Origin: Gemmatimonadota bacterium
GTDB lineage: Bacteria; Latescibacterota; UBA2968; GCA-2709665
Direction of reading: 5' to 3'
Length of the DNA: 64,000 bases
Assembly: GCA_028873695.1 (NCBI GenBank)
Contig: JAPPNU010000062.1
Location: 257,057 to 321,056, forward strand
The position numbers were made by a program, and so were the translations under genes. This document shows, one piece after another, positions 50,340-58,839 of the stretch (within the stretch, counting starts at the first letter, position 1; every line of letters begins with the position of its first letter). Under the pieces are notes generated by a model. The model searched no databases, was not told where the DNA came from, and saw only the letters and a list, made by a program, of their open reading frames with translations.

Positions 50340-50576
50340 TCAGATGCGTTTCGCTATTTCGGGCTGGATCTCTTCGTACTCGGGAAAGCGGCCCTCTTTC
50401 AGCTTGGAGAAGGCGAGTTCGCCGTCGATCGTAACTTCAAAACGCCCGCCGCCGGAGGGTATGAGGGTGAAGCCTTCGATATCCTGCTTGAACTCTCTCA
50501 GAAGCCTGTCCGTCAAACTGACGGTCTGATCCTCGTAGCCTCAAGCCGCGCAGTATTCGATGTCGATTCTGGGCAT
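50340..50576 (-). CDS. SelW/SelT/Rdx-family selenoprotein (CxxU), in-frame TGA at 50541-50543
   Basis: My translation: AAAGGAGG(cgccgg)ATG PRIDIEYCAA-U-GYEDQTVSLTDRLLREFKQDIEGFTLIPSGGGRFEVTIDGELAFSKLKEGRFPEYEEIQPEIAKRI*. This matches the Rdx pattern IEYC-x-x-[CU]...L.P...G.FEV..DG.L.[FW]SK...GRFPE. A hairpin CCGUCA-guu-UGACGG lies 16 nt after the UGA. Missed by the ORF track. Confidence 0.7.
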
Positions 50577-50611
50577 CCGGCGCCTCCTTTACGTGTGTGG
50601 TTGAAACAGGA

Positions 50612-50702
50612 GAAAGTCGAGGAGAGAGCGGAGAGTAGTGAGAAAAGAGAAAAGGCGAAAGTCGAGGAGAGAGTGGAGAGAAGTGAGAAAAGAGAGAAAA
50701 CG
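50612..50702. repeat. Purine-rich 45-bp tandem repeat (2 units), followed by pyrimidine-rich inverted partial copies up to ~50790
   Basis: GAAAGTCGAGGAGAGAGCGGAGAGTAGTGAGAAAAGAGAAAAGGC / GAAAGTCGAGGAGAGAGTGGAGAGAAGTGAGAAAAGAGAGAAAACG. Then CTCTCACTCCTCTTTC and CTTTTTCTCGCTCCTCACTCCTCTTTCCTCACTCCTC. Confidence 0.7.
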
Positions 50703-50864
50703 AATCAAAGGCCTCTCACTCCTCTTTCATTTCGCGTTTCCCGATTTGCTTTTTCTCGCTCCTCACTCCTCTTTCCTCACTCCTCGCATTCTGATAATAT
50801 ATCTCGTCCGGCCAGGATTGTCAACGTCATGCCTTTGGGTCGCGGCTGTATATCGGGAATCCGC

Positions 50865-50893
50865 TTGACCGTCGACCCGGCGGGGGTTAGATT
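50865..50893 (+). promoter_or_regulatory. Candidate sigma70-type promoter (TTGACC-N17-TAGATT) for the M32 carboxypeptidase operon
   Basis: Hexamers at 50865-50870 and 50888-50893. ATG at 50944. Confidence 0.3.
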
Positions 50894-50943
50894 GCGGCGG
50901 CATACGGAACGGTTATCGGCACGCCACGATAGGAATAAGAACG

Positions 50944-52455
50944 ATGTCCACACAGCGGGCTTACGAAGACCTCATCGGCCGGTGGAAGGAGCTTCAGTTG
51001 CTGGAATCCTGCGGGGCCGTGCTGGGGTGGGACGAACGTACCTATATGCCCCGCGGCGGCGCCGCGCACCGCGCCGAACAGCATGCTCTGCTCGCCGGCC
51101 TTGCGCACGAGCGGGCCACGGCGACCGAGGTTGGTGAATTGCTGTCGCGCATCGAAGAAGGCGATCGGCATTTCACGCCGGATTCGGCGCCCGCCGTAAA
51201 CGTCAGGGAAATCCGGCGTGAGTACGACCGGAGGACGAAGTTGCCGCGGTCTCTGGTGGAGGCGCATGCGAAGGCGACGACGCTGGCGGAGCAGGCCTGG
51301 CAGGAGGCTCGTGAGAAATCTGCGTTCGGGCTGTTCCGGCCGCACTTCGAGGAGGTGTTGCGGCTCACCCGGGAAGTAGCGGAGGCGCTGAAGACCGGAG
51401 GTTCGGCATACGACGCGCTCCTGGACCGGTTTGAACCCGGAGAGACCTCACGGAATCTCAAGAGGGTATTCGGGGCGCTCCGTGACGAACTGGCCCCGCT
51501 GGTCGCGGCGATCGTGGATACCGGCAGGGAGCCGGACGCATCGATCCTGACGCGGGACTATCCCGTGGCCAAACAGACGGCGTTCGGCGTCGCCGCGGCA
51601 GCGGCCATCGGGTTCGACTTCGAGCGCGGGCGGCTGGACGAGACCGTGCATCCGTTCTGTACCGGGATCGGCCCTGGAGACACGAGAATAACCACGCGGT
51701 ACGACCGCAACCGGTTCGCGCAGGCGTTCTTCGGGACGCTGCACGAGGCGGGTCACGGCCTGTATGACCAGGGGCTGGACTCAGCGCATTCCGGAACGCC
51801 GATGGCAGACGCCGTATCTCTGGGAATTCACGAGTCCCAGTCCCGGATGTGGGAGAATTTCGTGGGGCGCGGCCGGGCGTTCTGGACGCATTTCTTCCCG
51901 AAAGCGCGGGATGAGTTTCCGGCGGCGCTGGCGGATGTTTCGCCGGATGCGTTCCATTTCGCGATCAACCACGTGAGGCCGTCGTTCATCCGGGTGGAAG
52001 CGGACGAAGCCACGTACAATTTGCACATTCTGCTGCGGTTCGCGTTGGAGGAGGCGCTGGTGGAGGGCGATCTGGCGGTAGCGGACGTTCCCGGCGCGTG
52101 GAACGAGCGGTTCGAGAAGGATTTCAGCCTGAAGCCGCCGGACGATGCGCACGGGTGTCTTCAGGACGTGCACTGGAGCGCCGGGTTGATCGGATATTTC
52201 CCGACCTATACGCTGGGAAACCTGTATGCCGCCCAGTTTTTCGAATCTGCCCGCGGCGACCTGGGCGATCTCGACGGACAATTCGCCAAAGGAGAATTCG
52301 GTCCGCTGCTGGGTTGGCTGAGGGACAGGATCCATCTGCAGGGAAAGCGCTATCCGGCACCGGAACTCGTGGAGGCGGTTACAGGGAAGCCCCTGGGCCA
52401 CAGGGCATTGATGACGCACCTGAAGGCCAGATTCGGACCGCTGTATGGGGTTTGA
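50944..52455 (+). CDS. M32 family carboxypeptidase (Taq-like)
   Basis: HEAGHGLYDQG (HExxH), DETVHPFCTG (HPF), IHESQSRMWEN, GYFPTYTLGN. Confidence 0.9.
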   Translation: MSTQRAYEDLIGRWKELQLLESCGAVLGWDERTYMPRGGAAHRAEQHALLAGLAHERATATEVGELLSRIEEGDRHFTPDSAPAVNVREIRREYDRRTKLPRSLVEAHAKATTLAEQAWQEAREKSAFGLFRPHFEEVLRLTREVAEALKTGGSAYDALLDRFEPGETSRNLKRVFGALRDELAPLVAAIVDTGREPDASILTRDYPVAKQTAFGVAAAAAIGFDFERGRLDETVHPFCTGIGPGDTRITTRYDRNRFAQAFFGTLHEAGHGLYDQGLDSAHSGTPMADAVSLGIHESQSRMWENFVGRGRAFWTHFFPKARDEFPAALADVSPDAFHFAINHVRPSFIRVEADEATYNLHILLRFALEEALVEGDLAVADVPGAWNERFEKDFSLKPPDDAHGCLQDVHWSAGLIGYFPTYTLGNLYAAQFFESARGDLGDLDGQFAKGEFGPLLGWLRDRIHLQGKRYPAPELVEAVTGKPLGHRALMTHLKARFGPLYGV

Positions 52456-53404
52456 GCCGTCCGGCAGTCGGCCGGTGATTCTGGATTCGGACCCGGGCGT
52501 CGACGACGCGCTGGCCATCATGCTGGCGCTGGGATCCCCGGAACTGGAGGTGCTTGGCATCTGCACCGTGAGCGGCAACGTGCCGCTGGATACCGGAACC
52601 GGGAACGCGTTGAAGGTGCTGGCGTTGCTGGGTCGCAACGAGATCCCGGTTTACCCCGGCGCCGGCGGTCCGATCCGGAAGGAAGCCGTTTACGCCACCG
52701 AGGTGCACGGGCCGGAGGGACTGGGGGATTCCGCACTGCCGATGCCGTGCCGCTCGACGTCGGGCGACGCGGTTTCGTTTATCGTCGAAACCCTTAGGGC
52801 GCGGCCGGGGGAGGTGACCCTGATTGCCGTCGGGCCCTTGACCAACCTGGCCCTGGCGGAAGCGCGGGCGCCCGGGGTGTTGAAGAAAGCCCGGGAGGTG
52901 TGTGCGATGGGCGGCGCCGTCGATGAGCCCGGTAACGTTACGCCCGTGGCGGAATTTAACTTCTTCGCGGATCCCGACGCCGCGAGGCGGGTCGTTCGTT
53001 CCGGCGCAAAGATCACGCTGGCGCCGCTGGACGTGACCCATCGGGTGGCGCTGGAGGGATCGCAACTTGCGCGGATGCCGGCTACGCACGCGGGTCGATT
53101 TGTGAAGGAGGCGGTTCGGCCGGCCATGGAACTTGCCATGCGGCTTCAGGCGGGTCCCCGGTTCTTTCTGCACGATCCGTTGGCGGTGGGGCTGGCGATC
53201 GATCCGTCCTTCTTCCGGATCGAGACGGTTTTCGCGGATGTGGAGACAGAGGGCGATCTCACCGCGGGGCAGGTGGTGGCGGACCGGCGGGCGTTCAGGG
53301 CGGACGGGGACCGGACGGGATTGCCCGTGAGATGCGCGCTGGACGTGGACGCCGGTCGTTTTATGGCGTTATTTCTATCCCGGGTTTTTTCTGAAGCCGT
53401 TTAA
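52445..53404 (+). CDS. Nucleoside hydrolase (IUNH family)
   Basis: VILDSDPGVDDALAIMLAL N-terminal Asp cluster and LTNLALA. Confidence 0.85.
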   Translation: MGFEPSGSRPVILDSDPGVDDALAIMLALGSPELEVLGICTVSGNVPLDTGTGNALKVLALLGRNEIPVYPGAGGPIRKEAVYATEVHGPEGLGDSALPMPCRSTSGDAVSFIVETLRARPGEVTLIAVGPLTNLALAEARAPGVLKKAREVCAMGGAVDEPGNVTPVAEFNFFADPDAARRVVRSGAKITLAPLDVTHRVALEGSQLARMPATHAGRFVKEAVRPAMELAMRLQAGPRFFLHDPLAVGLAIDPSFFRIETVFADVETEGDLTAGQVVADRRAFRADGDRTGLPVRCALDVDAGRFMALFLSRVFSEAV

Positions 53405-54168
53405 TGGAGGGATTCGCGAAGTTGAAAGCGATCATCATCGGTGCGGGGCGAGGCATGCGATTGATGCCGCACACGAAGAACGCGCCGAAATGCCTTGCCG
53501 AAGTAAAGGGCAGGCGCATTCTGGATTGGGGCCTGGACGCCTTGCGTTCGGCCGGCCTGTGCGATATCGTATTCGTCAGCGGTTACCGCATCGAGCAGGT
53601 TCAGAACGGTTTTCCCGGTCTTACCTACTGTCACAATGCGGACTGGCCCAATAACAACATCCTGGTTTCGCTGATGCACGCGGAATTCCATATGGACGAC
53701 GGCTTCGTCTGCGCCTATTCGGATATTCTATACAGACCGGAGATTGTCTCGAACCTGATGCGCAGTTTGCACGAGATCACGCTGGTCTGCGACACGGACT
53801 GGCGCGCGAGGTACCGGCAGCGGACCGAGCATCCCGAAACCGACGCCGAAAAAGTGGCCAGCGTGGGCAACAGGGTCGTAGCAATCGGAAGGAACGTGCC
53901 CGCCGAAATCGCCCACGGCGAGTATACGGGCATCGCCCGTTTCGGACGGGACGGAACCATGCAGTTGCGGGATGCGTATCACCGGGCAAAGTCGTTGTAC
54001 AACGGTCGACCGTTTCAATCGGCCGCCACCTTTCAAAAAGCGTTCCTGATCGACCTGTACCAGGAGATGCTGGACGCCGAAATCCCGATCCATCTGATGG
54101 ATACGGACGGAGGGTACATGGAGATCGATACGAATCAGGATTTCCGAATCGCGCGGGAGGGATGGTAG
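53404..54168 (+). CDS. NTP-transferase domain protein (sugar/phosphocholine nucleotidyltransferase-like)
   Basis: KAIIIGAGRGMRLMPHTKNAPKCLAEVKGRRILDW G-x-G-x-R-L motif. One-nt overlap with the upstream gene. Confidence 0.7.
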   Translation: MEGFAKLKAIIIGAGRGMRLMPHTKNAPKCLAEVKGRRILDWGLDALRSAGLCDIVFVSGYRIEQVQNGFPGLTYCHNADWPNNNILVSLMHAEFHMDDGFVCAYSDILYRPEIVSNLMRSLHEITLVCDTDWRARYRQRTEHPETDAEKVASVGNRVVAIGRNVPAEIAHGEYTGIARFGRDGTMQLRDAYHRAKSLYNGRPFQSAATFQKAFLIDLYQEMLDAEIPIHLMDTDGGYMEIDTNQDFRIAREGW

Positions 54169-54169
54169 T

Positions 54170-55231
54170 TTGGGGAGCAACCGGGTTCTCTTCCCCGCAG
54201 GCGTCGTCGGAAGCATGCCGCGGTCGCAGTTTGTGCGAGACCTGCTGGACCCCGGCAGAGCGCCGGATGATCCGGACGAGTTTTCCGTCCGGATGGATGC
54301 CGCCGTGGACTACGTTCTGGCGTTGCAGGAAGCAGCCGGGCTGGACGTCGTCTCCGACGGGGAGTACCGCCGCCGGTCCTACATCGGCATTATAGCTGAC
54401 GTCGCGGACGGGTTCGTGCGCGAACGGAAGGAAGGACTCTGGTGGCACACGGTGGTGGAACCGGTTGAAGCGAAACGGACGGGTCTTGCAGCGGCCGAGG
54501 CGAAATATCTGAAGGCGCGGACCGGTAGAGCGGTCAAGGTGTGCCTGCCCTCACCCTATCTGCTGGGCCAGCGGATGTGGCATCCGCAACGTTCAATTGC
54601 CGCGTATCCCACGCGAGAGGCGTTTATGCGCGCGCTGGTGCCGATCCTGCGGGCCGAACTGCTGCTGCTGCGGGACGCGGGTGCCGACGTGATCCAGTTC
54701 GACGATCCGCATCTCTGTCTGTTTGTGGATCCCGACGTTCGCGGAAGATACGAGAACCCGGGCCGGGAGTTGGACCTCTGCGTGGATCTGCTGAACCAGA
54801 TTGTGGACGGCGTTGACGGGCCGGCCGTGGCCGTACATCTGTGCCGGAGAAACAAGGGACGGGCCGGCTGGGTCGGTCAGGGAGGATACGGGCCGATTCT
54901 GCCGGCCCTCCTGCGTTTGAACGTGGATCAATATGTAATGGAATTTACCGTCCCCGCAGCGGGCGATATGGACGCACTGGAGCAGATCCCGCAAGACCGC
55001 CAGGTGGGATTGGGTTGTGTGGACTGCAGGTCTCCTCGCATCGATCCCGTTGCCGAGATCGTGCATCGGGTGGAACAGGCTCTGGAATTCCTGCGTCCTG
55101 AACAGATAGTCCTGAATCCCGACTGCGGCTTCGCCCCGGGCAATGCCGCGGAGATCCCCGTTGAAGAGGCTTTCGCCAAACTGCGCAATGAGGCGGACGC
55201 CGCGCGACTGCTGAGAAAGAAATACGGGTAG
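54170..55231 (+). CDS. Cobalamin-independent methionine synthase (MetE C-terminal, Meth_synt_2) family protein
   Basis: 353 aa. GSMPRS...VVSDGEYRR.SY...DDP...HLC...DC.SP layout typical of short MetE-like proteins. Confidence 0.65.
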   Translation: MGSNRVLFPAGVVGSMPRSQFVRDLLDPGRAPDDPDEFSVRMDAAVDYVLALQEAAGLDVVSDGEYRRRSYIGIIADVADGFVRERKEGLWWHTVVEPVEAKRTGLAAAEAKYLKARTGRAVKVCLPSPYLLGQRMWHPQRSIAAYPTREAFMRALVPILRAELLLLRDAGADVIQFDDPHLCLFVDPDVRGRYENPGRELDLCVDLLNQIVDGVDGPAVAVHLCRRNKGRAGWVGQGGYGPILPALLRLNVDQYVMEFTVPAAGDMDALEQIPQDRQVGLGCVDCRSPRIDPVAEIVHRVEQALEFLRPEQIVLNPDCGFAPGNAAEIPVEEAFAKLRNEADAARLLRKKYG

Positions 55232-55257
55232 GCGCGAACCGCGGTTTCGCGGTCGCG

Positions 55258-56217
55258 TCAAGGATTTCTTCGGAGCTGGAGATACGATTCGTATCGCCGG
55301 CGGGATACGTCCTCGCGGTCCACGGCATCCCTGACGATGCAACCCGGCTCGCCGACGTGGGCGCAGTCTCGAAAACGGCAGTGTCCGGAAAGGTCCCGAA
55401 ACTCGGGAAAAAGCCCGGGGATTTCCTCCGTATCGATCTCCCAGAGGTGGAATTCCCTCATGCCCGGCAGATCCCCGACCATGCCGCCGGCTTCGAGTTC
55501 GACGAGTTCCGTGTGGGTGGTCGTGTGACGGCCTTCCCCGGTGGTTTCGCTGACCTCGCTCGTGCGAAGTTCGAGTCCGGGCTGAAGCCAGTTGAGCAGG
55601 CTGGATTTTCCCACCCCCGACGGCCCCATGAAGAGCGAAATCCGGTTCCTGAGGAGGTCCAGGAACGCTTCCTCGCCCCGGTCTGAAATGATGCTCGTGA
55701 ACACAACCGGGTAGCCGATGTCTTCGTAAATCGAAGCCGTCGTCTCGAACGCTGTGGGGCAGGGCAGGTCCAGTTTGTTGAAACAGATGGCGGCCGGGAT
55801 CTCACACCATTCCGCAACGGCCAGCATACGGTCGAGCATACTCCAGTCCGGAGGCGGTTCTGCCACCGAAAAGACCGGAATGAGCTGGTCGACGTTGGCG
55901 GCCAGGATCTGTTCTCTCCGTGAACTGCCGGACGCCCGTCTGGATATCTTGTTCCGCCTCGGGAGAATTTCGCGGATCAGGCCGGTATTCCCTTCGCCTG
56001 TATCGATCCGTACCCGGTCTCCTATGGCGACGGGATCCACGACGCGCGTGCGGCGAACGGCCTGTACCCGCTTTCTCCGCGAACCGGGCGCCGCCTCGGG
56101 ATATTGAAGCTGTTTTCTCAATTTGCTCGAGACGGCACAGTCCACCACCCGGCTTCCGGCGGCCACGTAATAGTGCCTTCGGTGTTCCCGGATGACAATG
56201 CCTTCGGCGTGCTCCAT
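55258..56217 (-). CDS. rsgA: Ribosome small subunit-dependent GTPase A
   Basis: FNKLDL, GPSGVGKSSLLN, and zinc knuckle CRFRDCAHVGEPGC. Confidence 0.9.
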   Translation of the reverse strand: MEHAEGIVIREHRRHYYVAAGSRVVDCAVSSKLRKQLQYPEAAPGSRRKRVQAVRRTRVVDPVAIGDRVRIDTGEGNTGLIREILPRRNKISRRASGSSRREQILAANVDQLIPVFSVAEPPPDWSMLDRMLAVAEWCEIPAAICFNKLDLPCPTAFETTASIYEDIGYPVVFTSIISDRGEEAFLDLLRNRISLFMGPSGVGKSSLLNWLQPGLELRTSEVSETTGEGRHTTTHTELVELEAGGMVGDLPGMREFHLWEIDTEEIPGLFPEFRDLSGHCRFRDCAHVGEPGCIVRDAVDREDVSRRRYESYLQLRRNP

Positions 56218-56557
56218 AACGGGTCCGGACGGTTGAAGACGTTCCGATTCACTTTTTGCGCCGTGGGTTTCTGACTTTCCAACATGCTGAAAAAAGAAGA
56301 TTTATGATTGATGCCGGCCATCGAGTTCTGGCTCGGCGGGCACGGAAAATACGCAGTTGGAAATTCTTTGTCAAGAAAAACGACTTCACAGCGCATTTTC
56401 CGGATCGCGTCCGGGGAGAGCCCGGCGAATCGGGTTGACTTCAGACGCCCATTTGTATATTCTTCAAAAAGCGGTAAGACATGAGTCGGTAGACGGAAGA
56501 GGACAACACCGCGCCGGTCTATCCGATCTCATCGGGCCGTTTTTTCAGGTACCTCCT

Positions 56558-57307
56558 ATGGAACAGGATCTATCACCGATTTTCAAGCGCTGGCTCTTCG
56601 ATCCTCAGAAGACCTGTGCCAGAAAGATCGTGGGAATCGACGGAAGGGAAAAGCTTCAGGTCCGTTTCGAACTGGGCCTTCTTCAGATGGAAATGACCGG
56701 TCGCCCGGACGGCAGGTCGCCCAGGGGATATGAGTCCGCCCTCGATGCGTACCTCGATCGCCTGGAAGCCCACCGCCGGCAACACGGTTCAGACGAAGGA
56801 TTCCGGCTGGATGAACAGGCATGCAACGTGTTGTGGACGGAGGGCGTACAATTCTATCAGCGGTACGTCTGTCTGATGCACCTGGGCGACTATGAAGGCG
56901 TCCTGAGGGATACCACGCACAATCTGGCACTGCTGGATCTGGTGAGGACATTCGCAGGTGATGAAGAAATCAAGTGTGAATTCGAGCGTTCAAGAACATG
57001 CGTGCTTATGGTACATACCAGGTCGAAGGGGGAAATCTGTCTGCAGAATGGAAATTCCGAGGGTGCGTTGGAGGTGGTGCGGGAGGGTATCGAAGAGATT
57101 CGGAGCTTCCTGATCGGGTCGGGAGAACCGGAGTCGCTCGAATCCAGCGATGAGCTTCGTGCGCTGGAAGACTGGGAGGAAGAGATTCGGCGGCAATATC
57201 CCGCCCCCGCCAGGGAGGACCTTTTGGCGCAGATCCAGACGGCGGTTGCGAGGGAGCGTTACGAACAGGCCGCGATTTTGAGAAACCGGCTTCGCGGATT
57301 GAACTGA
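56558..57307 (+). CDS. Hypothetical protein with a C-terminal UVR (UvrB/UvrC-type) motif
   Basis: C-terminal LLAQIQTAVARERYEQAAILRNRLRGL. Start set at the internal ATG 56558; the upstream part of the ORF looks non-coding. Confidence 0.5.
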   Translation: MEQDLSPIFKRWLFDPQKTCARKIVGIDGREKLQVRFELGLLQMEMTGRPDGRSPRGYESALDAYLDRLEAHRRQHGSDEGFRLDEQACNVLWTEGVQFYQRYVCLMHLGDYEGVLRDTTHNLALLDLVRTFAGDEEIKCEFERSRTCVLMVHTRSKGEICLQNGNSEGALEVVREGIEEIRSFLIGSGEPESLESSDELRALEDWEEEIRRQYPAPAREDLLAQIQTAVARERYEQAAILRNRLRGLN

Positions 57308-57487
57308 ATTCGCTTGTAACAGTTGAACAGGACGTCCTCGCGGGGCGCCGGCGCCGGGTGGACGGCAGCACCGCATATTCCGAATCTGAACGGCAGTTCG
57401 TTTTCAGATCCGGTTTTTTTGTGTGTGGAGGCACAGCGGTGCGCCCCTTCCGGGCCCGGGCGTCGGCCGACTCTAACGGAGTAGTGG

Positions 57488-58747
57488 ATGAACCCGGAGT
57501 TCATGATCGCGCGCAGGCATTTCCGGTCTTTGCGCGCCAGGAGACGAATCTCCTTTACGATAAGTATCGCGGCGGTCGGCGTGGCGCTGGGAGTGTCTTC
57601 GCTGGTGATCGTAATGTCAGTCATGAACGGTTATACCAATATGATCCGCGAACGCCTGCTGGGGGTGAACGCGCACGTGACGGTGCGCAGGTCCTATCGC
57701 AAGCCCATTGCGGACTACAAGCCTGTGATCCGCGCCCTGGAAGACCGGCCCGAAGTGCTTGCCGCGTCTCCATTTATTCACGCGGAGGGTTTTGTCTTCC
57801 GGAAATCCGGCAGGGCGGGCGTGGTGAAATCGGGTGTTTTGGTGCGAGGGGTGGACCCGTCGTCCTTCGTGCGCACCAGCGACATTGGCGCGTATATCCG
57901 GGACGGAGCCATTGATCTCGGTCCTCGTGAGAAAAAGGGCTCCCGGGCGGTACACGGCATCCTGTTGGGCCAGGTTCTGGCGCAGAGGCTGGATGCGGGT
58001 CCGGGGGACGACCTGTACCTGGGCCTGGTGCCCGAAGACGTCTTTGGCGGCAGCGGACGCCGCTGGCAGCGCTATCGGGTGACCGGGATTTTCAACACGG
58101 GTTATTTCGAGTTCGATTCCCGGCTCGTCTATATTTCGCTTGCCGCCGCAAGACGGGATCTGGGCTGGCAGGACGCCGTTACCGGTATTCGACTGCGATT
58201 GCGGGATCCGATGGCGGCCGAACGGCTGGACGCGACCTTCAGGCAGCGGCTCAGTGAGGCGCATCCCGGTCTCTTTACGTCGTCGTGGACCCGGAACTTC
58301 GGGAATTTCTACGTATTGATCCAGTTGCAGAAGTGGACGTTTTTCCTGATTCTAAGCCTGATCGTGGTTGTGGCGGGGTTCAACATAATCAGCATCCTGA
58401 CGATGAACGTCACGGACCGTCGCCGGGAAATCGGCATTCTGAAGGCAATGGGAATGATCCCGGGTCGAATCGGTCGGATCTTTACCCTGGAGGGCGTCGT
58501 CGTCGGCCTGGCCGGGATCGCAATCGGGAATATGCTTGGGTTCTCCCTTTGCTGGATTCAGAAGCGGTTCGAAGTGATTCGGGTGCCGGGAGAGGTCTAT
58601 TACGTCAGTTCGCTGCCGGTGGAGATGCGCCCCGAGGATTTCGGTCTCGTGTCCCTGTGCGCCCTCCTGATCTGTTACCTCTTCAGCCTCTTTCCCTCCC
58701 GTGATGCGGCGGCCCTGGATCCGGTGGATGCCATCCGCTATGAGTGA
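57488..58747 (+). CDS. LolC/LolE-family (FtsX-like) ABC transporter permease
   Basis: MIARRHFRSLRARRRISFTISIAAVGVALGV N-terminus, MacB-like periplasmic domain, C-terminal FtsX domain ending PSRDAAALDPVDAIRYE. Confidence 0.8.
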   Translation: MNPEFMIARRHFRSLRARRRISFTISIAAVGVALGVSSLVIVMSVMNGYTNMIRERLLGVNAHVTVRRSYRKPIADYKPVIRALEDRPEVLAASPFIHAEGFVFRKSGRAGVVKSGVLVRGVDPSSFVRTSDIGAYIRDGAIDLGPREKKGSRAVHGILLGQVLAQRLDAGPGDDLYLGLVPEDVFGGSGRRWQRYRVTGIFNTGYFEFDSRLVYISLAAARRDLGWQDAVTGIRLRLRDPMAAERLDATFRQRLSEAHPGLFTSSWTRNFGNFYVLIQLQKWTFFLILSLIVVVAGFNIISILTMNVTDRRREIGILKAMGMIPGRIGRIFTLEGVVVGLAGIAIGNMLGFSLCWIQKRFEVIRVPGEVYYVSSLPVEMRPEDFGLVSLCALLICYLFSLFPSRDAAALDPVDAIRYE

Positions 58748-58839
58748 TCGCCGGCGCGTGGCGGCCGGGCGCCGGGTACGCGGGGGCGCTCGCGTCGTGC
58801 CTGAAGACGTCGTCTGCCGGGCCGGGCGGAGGATGGGTG

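Noticed and set aside
50612-50702. Possible mini CRISPR array or VNTR at the GA-rich tandem repeat.
   Set aside because: There are only two adjacent units with no spacers, and no cas genes lie nearby. I kept it as a plain tandem/inverted repeat finding.
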